Virus genome (UHGV): UHGV-0200011
Direction: 5' to 3' (one strand)
Length of the DNA: 14,330 bases
Source of the DNA: a virus
In this document: piece by piece, positions 5,732-14,330 of the stretch
Layout: each line of letters begins with the position of its first letter
Numbering within the stretch: position 1 is the first letter of the stretch
The notes under the pieces: model-generated
Seen by the model: only the letters and a program-made list of their open reading frames with translations
The model's database searches: none
What the model was told of the DNA's origin: nothing
Translations under genes and position numbers: made by a program

Positions 5732-6116
5732 AAATCCTCCAGGTAGCTATATGCAAATTGAAACAAAAGAGATGGTGATCTTTCTAAGAGATGATGGAAT
5801 CTCCCTTCAGTATCCCGATGGTCAATGCGCTGGATATGGGATAGATGGGAATATGCTGATTTTTATGGGACAGAGTTGCGAACTGTTCCCAACTAAAATC
5901 ATTTTGCACGATCAGCGCACTACGAACTTTACCCACAAATAGTCAGGTAATGAATCCTGATATAAAGACAGGTTGATAAATCAGTCTTCTACGCGCATCG
6001 CACGCGCACATCAAAGAGAGTCTTTCAGTAGTGAGCCTGGGTGATGCCGTTAGGTTGCGTTTACCTCTCGGGCGGCATTGCCGTGCGACAGGCTCACGCC
6101 TAAAAGGAAATATTCC

Positions 6117-6845
6117 ATGAGTAACAAAATCATTACGCTATCTGGCGCTGCTAATGAAGTGCTTTATGCGCTGTTTTTCCGTGGCGCGTTGCTGTCTGGT
6201 GATCTGCCTTCTAAATCTGGCACAGCCGAATTGCGCGAGCTTGGTTTTGCTGAAACCAGACACACAGCAACTGAATACCAGAAAGAAAATCACTTTACCT
6301 TTCTGACATCAGAAGGGCAGAAATTTGCCGTTGAACACCTGGTCAATACGCGTTTTGGTGAGCAGCAATATTGCGCTTCGATGACGCTTGGCGTTGAGAT
6401 TGATACCTCTGCTGCACAAAAGGCAATCGACGAGCTGGACCAGCGCATTCGTGACACCGTCTCCTTCGAACTTATTCGCAATGGAGTGTCATTCATCAAG
6501 GACGCCGCTATCGCAAATGGTGCTATCCACGCAGCGGCAATCGAAACACCTCAGCCGGTGACCAATATCTACAACATCAGCCTTGGTATCCAGCGTGATG
6601 AGCCAGCGCAGAACAAGGTAACCGTCAGTGCCGATAAGTTCAAAGTTAAACCTGGTGTTGATACCAACATTGAAACGTTGATCGAAAACGCGCTGAAAAA
6701 CGCTGCTGAATGTGCGGCGCTGGATGTCACAAAGCAAATGGCAGCAGACAAGAAAGCGATGGATGAACTGGCTTCCTATGTCCGCACGGCCATCATGATG
6801 GAATGTTTCCCCGGTGGTGTTATCTGGCAGCAGTGCCGTCGATAG
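6117..6845 (+). CDS. Hypothetical protein (242 aa) immediately upstream of cos
   Basis: ORF with AAGGAAA RBS 8 nt before ATG 6117 (the ORF-track start at 6078 lies inside an upstream palindrome). No family recognised; no obvious TM segment or signal peptide. Confidence 0.65.
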   Translation: MSNKIITLSGAANEVLYALFFRGALLSGDLPSKSGTAELRELGFAETRHTATEYQKENHFTFLTSEGQKFAVEHLVNTRFGEQQYCASMTLGVEIDTSAAQKAIDELDQRIRDTVSFELIRNGVSFIKDAAIANGAIHAAAIETPQPVTNIYNISLGIQRDEPAQNKVTVSADKFKVKPGVDTNIETLIENALKNAAECAALDVTKQMAADKKAMDELASYVRTAIMMECFPGGVIWQQCRR

Positions 6846-6903
6846 TGTGCAATTGATAATTATTATCGTTTGCGGGTCCTTTCCGGCGATCCGCCTTGTT
6901 ACG

Positions 6904-6915
6904 GGGCGGCGTCCG
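6904..6915. other. cosN cohesive-end site (12-nt, GGGCGGCGTCCG)
   Basis: ACGGGGCGGCGTCCGCGC...TCTCGCTATTTATGAAAATTTTC...TTTCCGTTCTTCTTC closely parallels the lambda left end (GGGCGGCGACCTCGCGGGTTTTCGCTATTTATGAAAATTTTCCGG...CGTTTCCGTTCTTCTTCG) as recalled, about 190 bp upstream of Nu1. Confidence 0.6.
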
Positions 6916-7091
6916 CGCAGATTCTCGCTATTTATGAAAATTTTCTGGTTTATGCCATTTCCGTTCTTCTTCTTGTTTACTCATTGTTTTTGTTAAAAAC
7001 GTCCTCTCTCCAGAAAGGAAATGCTGAGCAAGGAAAACGGAAGTTTACCGTTGATTGTTTCCTTTCTCTGTTTTTTTGCCAGGAGTAAGCC
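6916..7091 (+). promoter_or_regulatory. cosB-like terminase-binding region (R-site-like TTTCCGTTCTTCTTC and related repeats)
   Basis: Region between cosN and Nu1 contains lambda-R3-like and related motifs (GTTTCCTTTCTCTGTTTTTT). The ORF-track entries here (6814..6996, 6870..7088) are Phe-rich and almost certainly non-coding. Confidence 0.5.
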
Positions 7092-7637
7092 ATGGAGGTT
7101 AACAAAAAACGCTTATCCGAAATTTTCGGGGTAAGCGTCCGAACGATTCAGAACTGGCAGGAGCAAGGTATGCCGGTTGTCCGCGGTGGTGGCAAAGGTA
7201 ATGAGGTTCTCTTTGAATCTGCTGCTGCAATCGAATGGTACAGTGCGCGCGATGCAGCTATAGAAAATGAAAAGTTGCGGAAGGAAGTTGAAGATCTCCG
7301 TATCGCTTCTGAGTCCGATCTTCAACCTGGCACGATTGAATATGAGCGACACCGACTTACGCGAGCTCAGGCTGACGCTCAGGAATTAAAAAATGCAAAA
7401 GAGTCCGCTGAAGTGGTGGAGACCGCATTCTGCACGTTCGTGCTGTCGCGGGTAGCCGGAGAAATCGCCAGCATTCTCGATGGAATACCTCTGTCGGTTC
7501 AGCGGCGCTTCCCGGAGCTGGAGAACCGACATATTGATTTCCTCAAGAAGGACATCATTAAGGCCATGAACAAGGCAGCTGCGCTGGATGAAATGATACC
7601 GGGGTTGCTGAGTGAATATATCGAACAGTCAGGTTAA
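7092..7637 (+). CDS. nu1: Terminase small subunit Nu1
   Basis: 181-aa protein MEVNKKRLSEIFGVSVRTIQNWQEQGMPV..., highly similar to lambda Nu1 as recalled; AGGAG RBS. Confidence 0.92.
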   Translation: MEVNKKRLSEIFGVSVRTIQNWQEQGMPVVRGGGKGNEVLFESAAAIEWYSARDAAIENEKLRKEVEDLRIASESDLQPGTIEYERHRLTRAQADAQELKNAKESAEVVETAFCTFVLSRVAGEIASILDGIPLSVQRRFPELENRHIDFLKKDIIKAMNKAAALDEMIPGLLSEYIEQSG

Positions 7638-9534
7638 GGGGCTGCAGCACTCTGCGCGGGCGGGGTTACGTTCGCTGTACCGGCCGCAACCGCAAACAGC
7701 AGTTGAATGGGCAGATGAGAATTATTATCTCCCGAAAGAGTCTGCCTACCAGGAAGGGCGCTGGGAAACACTGCCATTTCAGCGTGCAATTATGAATGCG
7801 ATGGGTAATGACTATATTCGCGAGGTGAATGTCGTTAAATCGGCTCGTGTCGGCTACTCAAAAATGTTGCTCGGCGTTTACGCATATTTCATCCAACATA
7901 AACAGCGTAACTCCCTAATATGGTTACCAACCGACGGTGATGCTGAAAACTTCATGAAGTCTCATGTAGAACCGACCATTCGTGATATTCCGACGTTGCT
8001 GGCGCTTGCTCCCTGGTACGGTAAAAAACACCGGGACAATACGCTGAGCATGAAGCGTTTCTCGAATGGTCGTGGTTTCTGGTGCCTGGGCGGTAAGGCT
8101 GCAAAAAACTACCGTGAAAAATCAGTTGATGTGGCTGGCTACGACGAGCTCGCCGCTTTCGATGATGACATCGAGAAAGAAGGTTCTCCCACCTTTCTGG
8201 GTGATAAGCGTATTGAGGGTTCTGTATGGCCGAAATCCATTCGCGGATCTACACCGAAAGTCAAAGGTACGTGCCAGATAGAAAGAGCTGCTAAGGAGTC
8301 TGAACATTTTCTTCGGTTCCATGTTCCATGCCCACACTGTGGGGAAGAGCAGTATCTGAAATTCGGTGATAAAGAGACACCATTTGGCTTCAAATGGTCT
8401 CCGGGAGAACCTGCCAGCGTTTACTACCTCTGTGAACACAATGCCTGTGTGATTAAACAACAGGAGCTGGAATTTCTGGAGGCCAGGTATATTTGTGATG
8501 AAACAGGTATCTGGACACGAGACGGCCTTAACTGGTTTTCTTCATCCGGTACCGAAATTGAACCTCCTGATAGCGTTACATTCCACATCTGGACCGCATA
8601 TAGCCCGTTCACAACCTGGGTGCAGATCGTCAAGGACTGGATAAAAACAAAAGGTGATACGGGTAAGCGAAAAACTTTCGTTAACACGACCCTGGGCGAA
8701 ACGTGGGAACCGAAAATAGGTGAGCGACCCGATGCTGAAGTTTTAGCGGAACGAAAAGAGCACTTTGAAGCGTCTGTGCCGGAGCGAGTGGCATATCTGA
8801 CAGCGGGTATTGACTCCCAGCTTGACCGTTACGAAATGCGTGTTTGGGGATGGGGGCCGGGAGAGGAAAGCTGGCTTATCGACAAAATTATCATTATGGG
8901 TCGTCATGATGATGAGTCGACTCTCGCTCGAGTTGATGAAGCGATCAACAGGACGTATAAGCGCCAGAACGGTCTCGAAATGGTTATATCCCGCACTTGC
9001 TGGGATATTGGCGGCATTGATCCCACCATCGTCTACAACCGCTCAAAAAAACACGGTCTGTTTCGTGTGATCCCTATAAAGGGGGCGTCGGTTTATGGAA
9101 AGCCAGTGGCGAACATGCCACGCAAGCGTAACAAGAATGGTGTTTACCTCACAGAGGTAGGAACAGACACCGCAAAAGAGCAGATTTATAACCGTTTCAC
9201 GCTGGTGGCGCAAAGAGACGAGCCGCTGGCGGGAGCGGTTCATTTCCCGAATAACCCAGAAATCTACGATCTAACAGAGGCCCAACAACTAACAGCTGAA
9301 GAGCAGGTGGAAAAATGGGTAGACGGAAAGAAAAAGATCGTCTGGGACAGCAAAAAACGACGAAATGAGGCGCTCGATTGCTTTGTTTATGCACTGGCGG
9401 CGCTGCGTATAAGCATATCCCGCTGGCAGCTAAATCTTGATTCACTTCTGGCCAGCCTGCTGGAGGAAGAAGGCAGCCGTAACAATAACAAGACCCTGGC
9501 GGATTACGCGCGGGCATTATCTGGAGATGAATAA
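7612..9534 (+). CDS. A: Terminase large subunit A
   Basis: 640-aa protein [41 protein letters not shown]..., close to lambda gpA as recalled; overlaps the Nu1 3' end as in lambda. Confidence 0.95.
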   Translation: MNISNSQVKGLQHSARAGLRSLYRPQPQTAVEWADENYYLPKESAYQEGRWETLPFQRAIMNAMGNDYIREVNVVKSARVGYSKMLLGVYAYFIQHKQRNSLIWLPTDGDAENFMKSHVEPTIRDIPTLLALAPWYGKKHRDNTLSMKRFSNGRGFWCLGGKAAKNYREKSVDVAGYDELAAFDDDIEKEGSPTFLGDKRIEGSVWPKSIRGSTPKVKGTCQIERAAKESEHFLRFHVPCPHCGEEQYLKFGDKETPFGFKWSPGEPASVYYLCEHNACVIKQQELEFLEARYICDETGIWTRDGLNWFSSSGTEIEPPDSVTFHIWTAYSPFTTWVQIVKDWIKTKGDTGKRKTFVNTTLGETWEPKIGERPDAEVLAERKEHFEASVPERVAYLTAGIDSQLDRYEMRVWGWGPGEESWLIDKIIIMGRHDDESTLARVDEAINRTYKRQNGLEMVISRTCWDIGGIDPTIVYNRSKKHGLFRVIPIKGASVYGKPVANMPRKRNKNGVYLTEVGTDTAKEQIYNRFTLVAQRDEPLAGAVHFPNNPEIYDLTEAQQLTAEEQVEKWVDGKKKIVWDSKKRRNEALDCFVYALAALRISISRWQLNLDSLLASLLEEEGSRNNNKTLADYARALSGDE

Positions 9535-9740
9535 TGGCAACACAGACTGAACTGGATGCCGCGCGCGCTGCGTTACATGACCTGATGATGGGAAAGCGCG
9601 TGGCGACGGTACAGAAAGACGGTCGAAGAGTGGAATTTACAGCCACTTCAGTCAGCGATCTCAAAAAATATATTGCTGACCTTGAATCTCAGGTTGGCAC
9701 CACATCACGACGCCGGGGGCCAGCAGGGTTTTACGTATGA
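9534..9740 (+). CDS. W: Head-tail joining / head completion protein W
   Basis: 68-aa ORF between A and B, the size and position of lambda gpW. Confidence 0.85.
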   Translation: MATQTELDAARAALHDLMMGKRVATVQKDGRRVEFTATSVSDLKKYIADLESQVGTTSRRRGPAGFYV

Positions 9741-11329
9741 AAATACCATCTTTGGTGGGACCTGACGGGAAAACATCCCTTCGGGAATACGCAGGATATC
9801 ATGGCGGTGGAGGCGGGTTTGGTGGGCAGCTGCGAGGCTGGAATCCGCCGAGTGAAAGTGCAGATGCCGCACTCCTACCCAACTATTCTCGCGGAAATGC
9901 CCGCGCTGACGATCTGGTGCGAAATAATGGCTACGCGGCAAACGCCGTGCAGCTCCACCAGGACCACATCGTCGGGTCATTTTTCAGACTCAGTTATCGA
10001 CCAAGCTGGCGTTATCTGGGAATAAATGAGGAGGATTCACGGGCATTCTCGCGGGATGTGGAAGCTGCATGGAATGAGTATGCCGAGGACGACTTTTGCG
10101 GGATTGATGCCGAGCGTAAGCGAACGTTTACGATGATGATCCGAGAAGGTGTGGCCATGCACGCGTTTAACGGTGAATTATGCACGCAGGCGACCTGGGA
10201 CAGCGATTCAACGCGTCTTTTCCGTACTCAGTTCAAAATGGTCAGTCCGAAGCGCGTCAGCAATCCGAATAATATCGGTGATACCCGGAACTGTCGCGCC
10301 GGTGTGAAAATAAATGATAGCGGTGCTGCGCTGGGATATTACGTCAGCGACGATGGTTATCCCGGCTGGATGGCGCAGAACTGGACCTACATTCCTCGCG
10401 AACTACCCGGCGGTCGACCTTCATTTATCCATGTATTCGAACCGATGGAGGATGGACAGACCCGTGGGGCCAATGCGTTTTACAGCGTGATGGAGCAGAT
10501 GAAAATGCTCGATACCCTGCAAAATACCCAGCTCCAGAGCGCGATAGTGAAGGCTATGTATGCCGCTACCATCGAGAGTGAACTGGATACCCAATCGGCG
10601 ATGGACTTTATTCTCGGCGCGGATAATAAAGAGCAGCAGAGCAAACTTACGGGCTGGCTCGGTGAAATGGCGTCCTATTACTCAGCTGCGCCTGTTCGCC
10701 TGGGTGGGGCAAGGGTTCCACACCTGTTGCCTGGTGATTCTCTCAACCTTCAGTCGGCGCAGGATACCGATAACGGCTACTCGACTTTTGAACAGTCCCT
10801 GCTGCGTTATATTGCCGCTGGGCTTGGTGTGTCGTATGAGCAGCTTTCGCGAAACTATTCGCAGATGAGCTACTCGACCGCACGCGCAAGTGCTAACGAG
10901 TCCTGGGCGTACTTTATGGGGCGTCGCAAGTTTGTGGCATCCCGACAGGCCTGTCAGATGTTTCTTTGCTGGCTTGAAGAGGCGATTGTCCGCCGCGTGG
11001 TCACGCTTCCTTCGAAAGCCCGGTTCAGTTTCCAGGAGGCGAGAACAGCCTGGGGGAATGCCAACTGGATTGGCTCTGGTCGAATGGCAATTGACGGGCT
11101 GAAAGAGGTACAGGAGGCCGTCATGCTCATTGAGGCAGGTCTCAGCACGTATGAAAAAGAGTGCGCCAAACGCGGTGATGATTATCAGGAGATTTTTGCC
11201 CAGCAGGTCCGGGAAACCATGGAGCGTCGTGCTGCGGGTCTGAAACCACCGGCATGGGCCGCTGCAGCTTTTGAGGCCGGAGTGAAAAAATCAAACGAGG
11301 AGGAGCAAGATGGCGCACGAGCTGCGTAA
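9737..11329 (+). CDS. B: Portal protein B
   Basis: 530-aa protein with extensive similarity to lambda gpB as recalled (e.g. [27 protein letters not shown], ...[21 protein letters not shown]). Confidence 0.95.
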   Translation: MKIPSLVGPDGKTSLREYAGYHGGGGGFGGQLRGWNPPSESADAALLPNYSRGNARADDLVRNNGYAANAVQLHQDHIVGSFFRLSYRPSWRYLGINEEDSRAFSRDVEAAWNEYAEDDFCGIDAERKRTFTMMIREGVAMHAFNGELCTQATWDSDSTRLFRTQFKMVSPKRVSNPNNIGDTRNCRAGVKINDSGAALGYYVSDDGYPGWMAQNWTYIPRELPGGRPSFIHVFEPMEDGQTRGANAFYSVMEQMKMLDTLQNTQLQSAIVKAMYAATIESELDTQSAMDFILGADNKEQQSKLTGWLGEMASYYSAAPVRLGGARVPHLLPGDSLNLQSAQDTDNGYSTFEQSLLRYIAAGLGVSYEQLSRNYSQMSYSTARASANESWAYFMGRRKFVASRQACQMFLCWLEEAIVRRVVTLPSKARFSFQEARTAWGNANWIGSGRMAIDGLKEVQEAVMLIEAGLSTYEKECAKRGDDYQEIFAQQVRETMERRAAGLKPPAWAAAAFEAGVKKSNEEEQDGARAA

Positions 11330-12653
11330 TCTTCCGCATATTGCCAGTATGGCCTTTAATGAGCCGCTGATGCTTGAACCCGCCTATGCGCGGGTTTTCT
11401 TTTGCGCGCTGGCTGGCCAGTTGGGCATCACCCGGCTGACAGATACCGTCTCTGGCATCACGCTTGATGCCGGACAAATAGCCGAACCGCTGGCGCTGTT
11501 TGGTGAGGATGATGACATGGATCCCCGTCCATCACGCAGCTATCAGGTGGCAAATGGTATCGCGGTCTTGCCGGTTTCCGGCACGCTGGTCAGTAAAACC
11601 CGTGCGCTTCAGCCTTATTCCGGCATGACGGGTTACAACGGGATCATTGCTCGCCTGCAGCAGGCAATCAGTGACCCCGGCGTTGACGGCATTCTTCTGG
11701 ATATGGATACGCCGGGTGGAATGGTGTCCGGGGCGTTTGACTGCGCCGACATTATAGCCCGTATGCGCGATATCAAACCCATCTGGGCGCTGGCCAATGA
11801 CATGAACTGCAGTGCAGGGCAGCTTATAGCCAGTTCGGCATCGCGACGGCTGGTCACACAAACGGCCAGAACCGGCTCCATTGGGGTCATGATGGCGCAC
11901 AGCAACTATGGCGCTGCGCTCAAAACTAACGGCGTTGAGGTCACGCTGATTTACAGCGGCGATCGCAAGGTCGACGGCAACCCTTACGAAAAGCTTCCGA
12001 AAGATGTGCGTGCTGATTTCCAGACGCGTATCGATGCCACTCGTCAGATGTTTGCCGAAAAGGTTTCCGCTTATACCGGCATGTCTGTTCAGGACGTGCT
12101 GGACACCGAAGCGGCAGTATTCTCCGGCCAGGAGTCTTTGGATAACGGACTGGCGGATGAACTTGTTAACAATACCGATGCGCTCGGCGTGATGCGCGAA
12201 GCACTCGACAGACGCAAAAAAACAACCCTTGGAGGAACTATGCCATCACCTTCTGCTTCAGCTGTGACCACTAAGCCAGTTGACCAGGCAGCAACTCAGA
12301 CAACTGCCTCAGCTGAACAGGTCACTACCGTTGACACGACCATTGCTTCCGTAGCGGCCCCTGTAGATGTCAGTGCGCAGGTTACTGCAGCAGTAGCTGC
12401 AGAGAATAGCCGCATCATGGGCATCCTGAACTGCGATGAGGCTAAAGGGCGTGAGTCACAGGCGCGAGCACTGGCCGAAACGCCGGGTATGACGGTAGAG
12501 AGCGCACAGCGCATTCTGGCTGCTGCACCGCAAAGTGCCCAGGCGCGTACCGATACGGCGCTGGATCGTTTGATGGAAACAGCACCCGGTGCACTCCCAG
12601 CAGGTAGCGCATCTTCTGATGCCGCTGACGATTTGTTAAACACCCCCGTTTAA
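11310..12653 (+). CDS. C: Capsid assembly protease C (ClpP/S49-like)
   Basis: 447-aa protein similar to lambda gpC as recalled ([31 protein letters not shown]..., ...DAADDLLNTPV); overlaps the B 3' end. Confidence 0.9.
   Translation: MAHELRNLPHIASMAFNEPLMLEPAYARVFFCALAGQLGITRLTDTVSGITLDAGQIAEPLALFGEDDDMDPRPSRSYQVANGIAVLPVSGTLVSKTRALQPYSGMTGYNGIIARLQQAISDPGVDGILLDMDTPGGMVSGAFDCADIIARMRDIKPIWALANDMNCSAGQLIASSASRRLVTQTARTGSIGVMMAHSNYGAALKTNGVEVTLIYSGDRKVDGNPYEKLPKDVRADFQTRIDATRQMFAEKVSAYTGMSVQDVLDTEAAVFSGQESLDNGLADELVNNTDALGVMREALDRRKKTTLGGTMPSPSASAVTTKPVDQAATQTTASAEQVTTVDTTIASVAAPVDVSAQVTAAVAAENSRIMGILNCDEAKGRESQARALAETPGMTVESAQRILAAAPQSAQARTDTALDRLMETAPGALPAGSASSDAADDLLNTPV
12048..12653 (+). 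CDS. nu3: Scaffold protein Nu3 (in-frame internal start within C)
   Basis: Internal ATG at 12048 (MFAEKVSAYTG...) gives the C-terminal 201 codons of C, the same nested arrangement and length as lambda Nu3. Assigned by analogy only. Confidence 0.45.
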   Translation: MFAEKVSAYTGMSVQDVLDTEAAVFSGQESLDNGLADELVNNTDALGVMREALDRRKKTTLGGTMPSPSASAVTTKPVDQAATQTTASAEQVTTVDTTIASVAAPVDVSAQVTAAVAAENSRIMGILNCDEAKGRESQARALAETPGMTVESAQRILAAAPQSAQARTDTALDRLMETAPGALPAGSASSDAADDLLNTPV

Positions 12654-12662
12654 GAGGCTATC

Positions 12663-12995
12663 ATGGCAATTACTGAAGTTTTCACACATAACCAGCCGCT
12701 CGGTAACAGCGACCCGGCGCACACTGCGTATGGTCCTGGCGAACTGACGGCTTCCACTCCAGCCATGACGCCGCTCATGCTGGATGCCACTTCTGGCAAG
12801 CTGACCGTCTGGGATGGTGCTCATGCTGGCGCGGCAATGGGCATCCTGGCTGTAACCGCAGACCAGAACAGCGCGGAACTGGCATATTACAAATCTGGCT
12901 CTTTCCGTATTGAAGATGTCCTCTGGCCATCTGCCGTCACCGACGACAACATTAAACGTAACGCGTTCGCCGGTACTGCAATCAGCATCGTTTAA
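12663..12995 (+). CDS. D: Head decoration protein D
   Basis: 110-aa protein ...GNSDPAHTA...PAMTPLMLD...[10 protein letters not shown] matching lambda gpD as recalled. Confidence 0.9.
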   Translation: MAITEVFTHNQPLGNSDPAHTAYGPGELTASTPAMTPLMLDATSGKLTVWDGAHAGAAMGILAVTADQNSAELAYYKSGSFRIEDVLWPSAVTDDNIKRNAFAGTAISIV

Positions 12996-13027
12996 TCCGC
13001 ATTTCTACAACCATCATCATTCATAAA

Positions 13028-13049
13028 AGCCGCTTGCGCGGCTTTTTTT
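13028..13049 (+). terminator. Terminator-like hairpin with T-tract between D and E
   Basis: AGCCGC-ttgc-GCGGCT followed by a T-run (TTTTTTT), flanked upstream by AAAA. Confidence 0.4.
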
Positions 13050-13062
13050 ACGGGAAAAATCT

Positions 13063-14088
13063 ATGTCCGTTTACACCACTGCCCAACTGCTGGCGGTCAA
13101 TGAGAAGAAATTCAAATTCGATCCGCTTTTCCTGCGTATCTTTTTCCGCGAAACCTATCCCTTCAGTACAGAGAAGGTTTACCTGTCGCAAATTCCTGGC
13201 CTGGTCAATATGGCGCTTTACGTCTCGCCGATTGTCTCCGGCAAAGTGATCCGCTCCCGTGGCGGCAGCACGTCTGAATTCACGCCGGGTTATGTGAAGC
13301 CGAAACACGAAGTTAACCCACTGATGACTCTCCGCCGCCTGCCGGATGAGGATCCGCAGAATCTCGCTGACCCGGTCTATCGCCGTCGCCGCATTATCCT
13401 TCAGAACATGAAGGATGAAGAGCTGGCGATTGCTCAGGTCGAAGAGAAACAGGCTGTTTCGGCGGTGCTCAGCGGTAAATACACCATGACCGGGGAAGCG
13501 TTCGAGCCTGTTGAAGTCGATATGGGCCGCAGCGCTGGTAACAACATTGTCCAGGCCGGTGCGGCTGCATGGTCAACCAGCGACAACGAAACGTATGACC
13601 CGACCGATGACATTGAAGCCTACGCGCTCAACGCCAGCGGTGTGGTCAACATCATTGTGTTCGATCCGAAAGGCTGGGCGCTGTTCCGTTCCTTCAAGGC
13701 TGTTGAGAAGAAGCTGGATACGCGTCGTGGTTCTAACTCTGAGCTGGAAACTGCCGTGAAAGACCTGGGTATGGCTGTTTCATACAAGGGGATGTTTGGC
13801 GATGTGGCCATCGTGGTGTACTCCGGCCAGTACGTCGAAAACGACGTCAAAAAGAATTATCTGCCGGACCTGACAATGGTGCTGGGGAATACCCAGGCTC
13901 GTGGCCTGCGTACCTATGGCTGCATTCTTGATGCTGATGCCCAGCGCGAAGGTATCAATGCCTCGACACGCTACCCGAAAAACTGGGTGCAGTCGGGGGA
14001 TCCGGCGCGCGAATTCACCATGATTCAGTCAGCTCCGCTGATGCTGCTGCCAGACCCTGACGCATTCGTCTCCGTCAAACTGGCATAA
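13063..14088 (+). CDS. E: Major capsid protein E
   Basis: 341-aa protein with very high similarity to lambda gpE as recalled (...TAQLLA.NE.KFKFDPLFLR.FFRE.YPF.TEKVYLSQIPGLVNMALYVSPIVSG...). Confidence 0.95.
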   Translation: MSVYTTAQLLAVNEKKFKFDPLFLRIFFRETYPFSTEKVYLSQIPGLVNMALYVSPIVSGKVIRSRGGSTSEFTPGYVKPKHEVNPLMTLRRLPDEDPQNLADPVYRRRRIILQNMKDEELAIAQVEEKQAVSAVLSGKYTMTGEAFEPVEVDMGRSAGNNIVQAGAAAWSTSDNETYDPTDDIEAYALNASGVVNIIVFDPKGWALFRSFKAVEKKLDTRRGSNSELETAVKDLGMAVSYKGMFGDVAIVVYSGQYVENDVKKNYLPDLTMVLGNTQARGLRTYGCILDADAQREGINASTRYPKNWVQSGDPAREFTMIQSAPLMLLPDPDAFVSVKLA

Positions 14089-14133
14089 CTTCCCCCAGTG
14101 GCCCTGTCGGGCCACCTTTCTGGAGTATTTCCC

Positions 14134-14330
14134 ATGACAGAAAAAGAAAAGCTGGTCGCCCGCCTGAATGAACTTGGGACCCAGCTTAACCGCGAGGTCA
14201 GTACCAGCGGCACCATTCAGGAACTGACGATGCGTATTGCTGAGCTTGAAGAGGAACTGGATGGCAATGCCGGGTCAGTTGACGGTGAAAACGGCGTGCA
14301 GAATGCTTCCGACAGCACCGACAGCACCGA
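14134..14330 (+). CDS. FI: DNA-packaging protein FI (5' part; continues beyond the window)
   Basis: ATG 14134 after a GGAG RBS; hand translation MTEKEKLVARLNELGTQLNREVSTSGTIQELTMRIAELEEELDG... resembles the lambda FI N-terminus; no stop before the window end. Confidence 0.7.
   Translation, partial: MTEKEKLVARLNELGTQLNREVSTSGTIQELTMRIAELEEELDGNAGSVDGENGVQNASDSTDST

Noticed and set aside
6814-7088. ORFs 6814..6996 and 6870..7088 (Phe-rich 60-72 aa)
   Set aside because: They lie across the cosN/cosB region, whose sequence parallels the non-coding lambda cos; the Phe-rich translations reflect the T-rich terminase-binding repeats.
7113-14216. Numerous minus-strand and alternate-frame ORFs inside Nu1, A, B, C, D and E (for example 8122..8460, 9197..9664, 11142..11477, 11532..11900, 12296..12643, 13048..13308, 13620..13850)
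   Set aside because: All are embedded within strongly supported lambda-like head genes on the + strand; the only nested gene I accept is in-frame Nu3 within C.
1-14330. CRISPR arrays, integrase/attachment sites, or insertion sequences
   Set aside because: No regularly spaced direct repeats, no integrase- or transposase-like ORFs and no terminal inverted repeats flanking a transposase were seen. The only inverted repeats are terminator hairpins and the palindrome at 6031-6097.

Overview
This window reads as a contiguous slice of a lambdoid (lambda / P21 / DLP12-like) enterobacterial phage or prophage, almost entirely on the + strand. In order: the 3' end of the nin region (a truncated upstream gene, ninE-like, ybcO-like, rusA, ylcG-like), a Q-type antiterminator, a pR'-like late promoter and tR'-like terminator, a tRNA/HNH-endonuclease insertion zone, a P21-type lysis cassette (dual-start pinholin, SAR endolysin, Rz with embedded Rz1), an AT-rich cargo region, cos, and the lambda-like head module Nu1-A-W-B-C(Nu3)-D-E with the start of FI. 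The parts not explained by the conserved backbone are: (1) an AT-rich HNH/NUMOD-like endonuclease gene flanked by a tRNA-Asn-like gene and tRNA-like fragments; (2) a GC-rich ORF-poor stretch ending in a strong terminator plus a small minus-strand zinc-ribbon/transmembrane ORF missing from the ORF track; (3) a minus-strand AT-rich 204-aa gene with an R-x4-H (HEPN-like) motif, its own strong RBS and terminator, which is my best candidate for an undescribed phage-carried defence or exclusion function; (4) an unknown 242-aa gene next to cos preceded by a long imperfect palindrome. All protein identifications rest on reading the translations and recalling family sequences; no database search or alignment was run.
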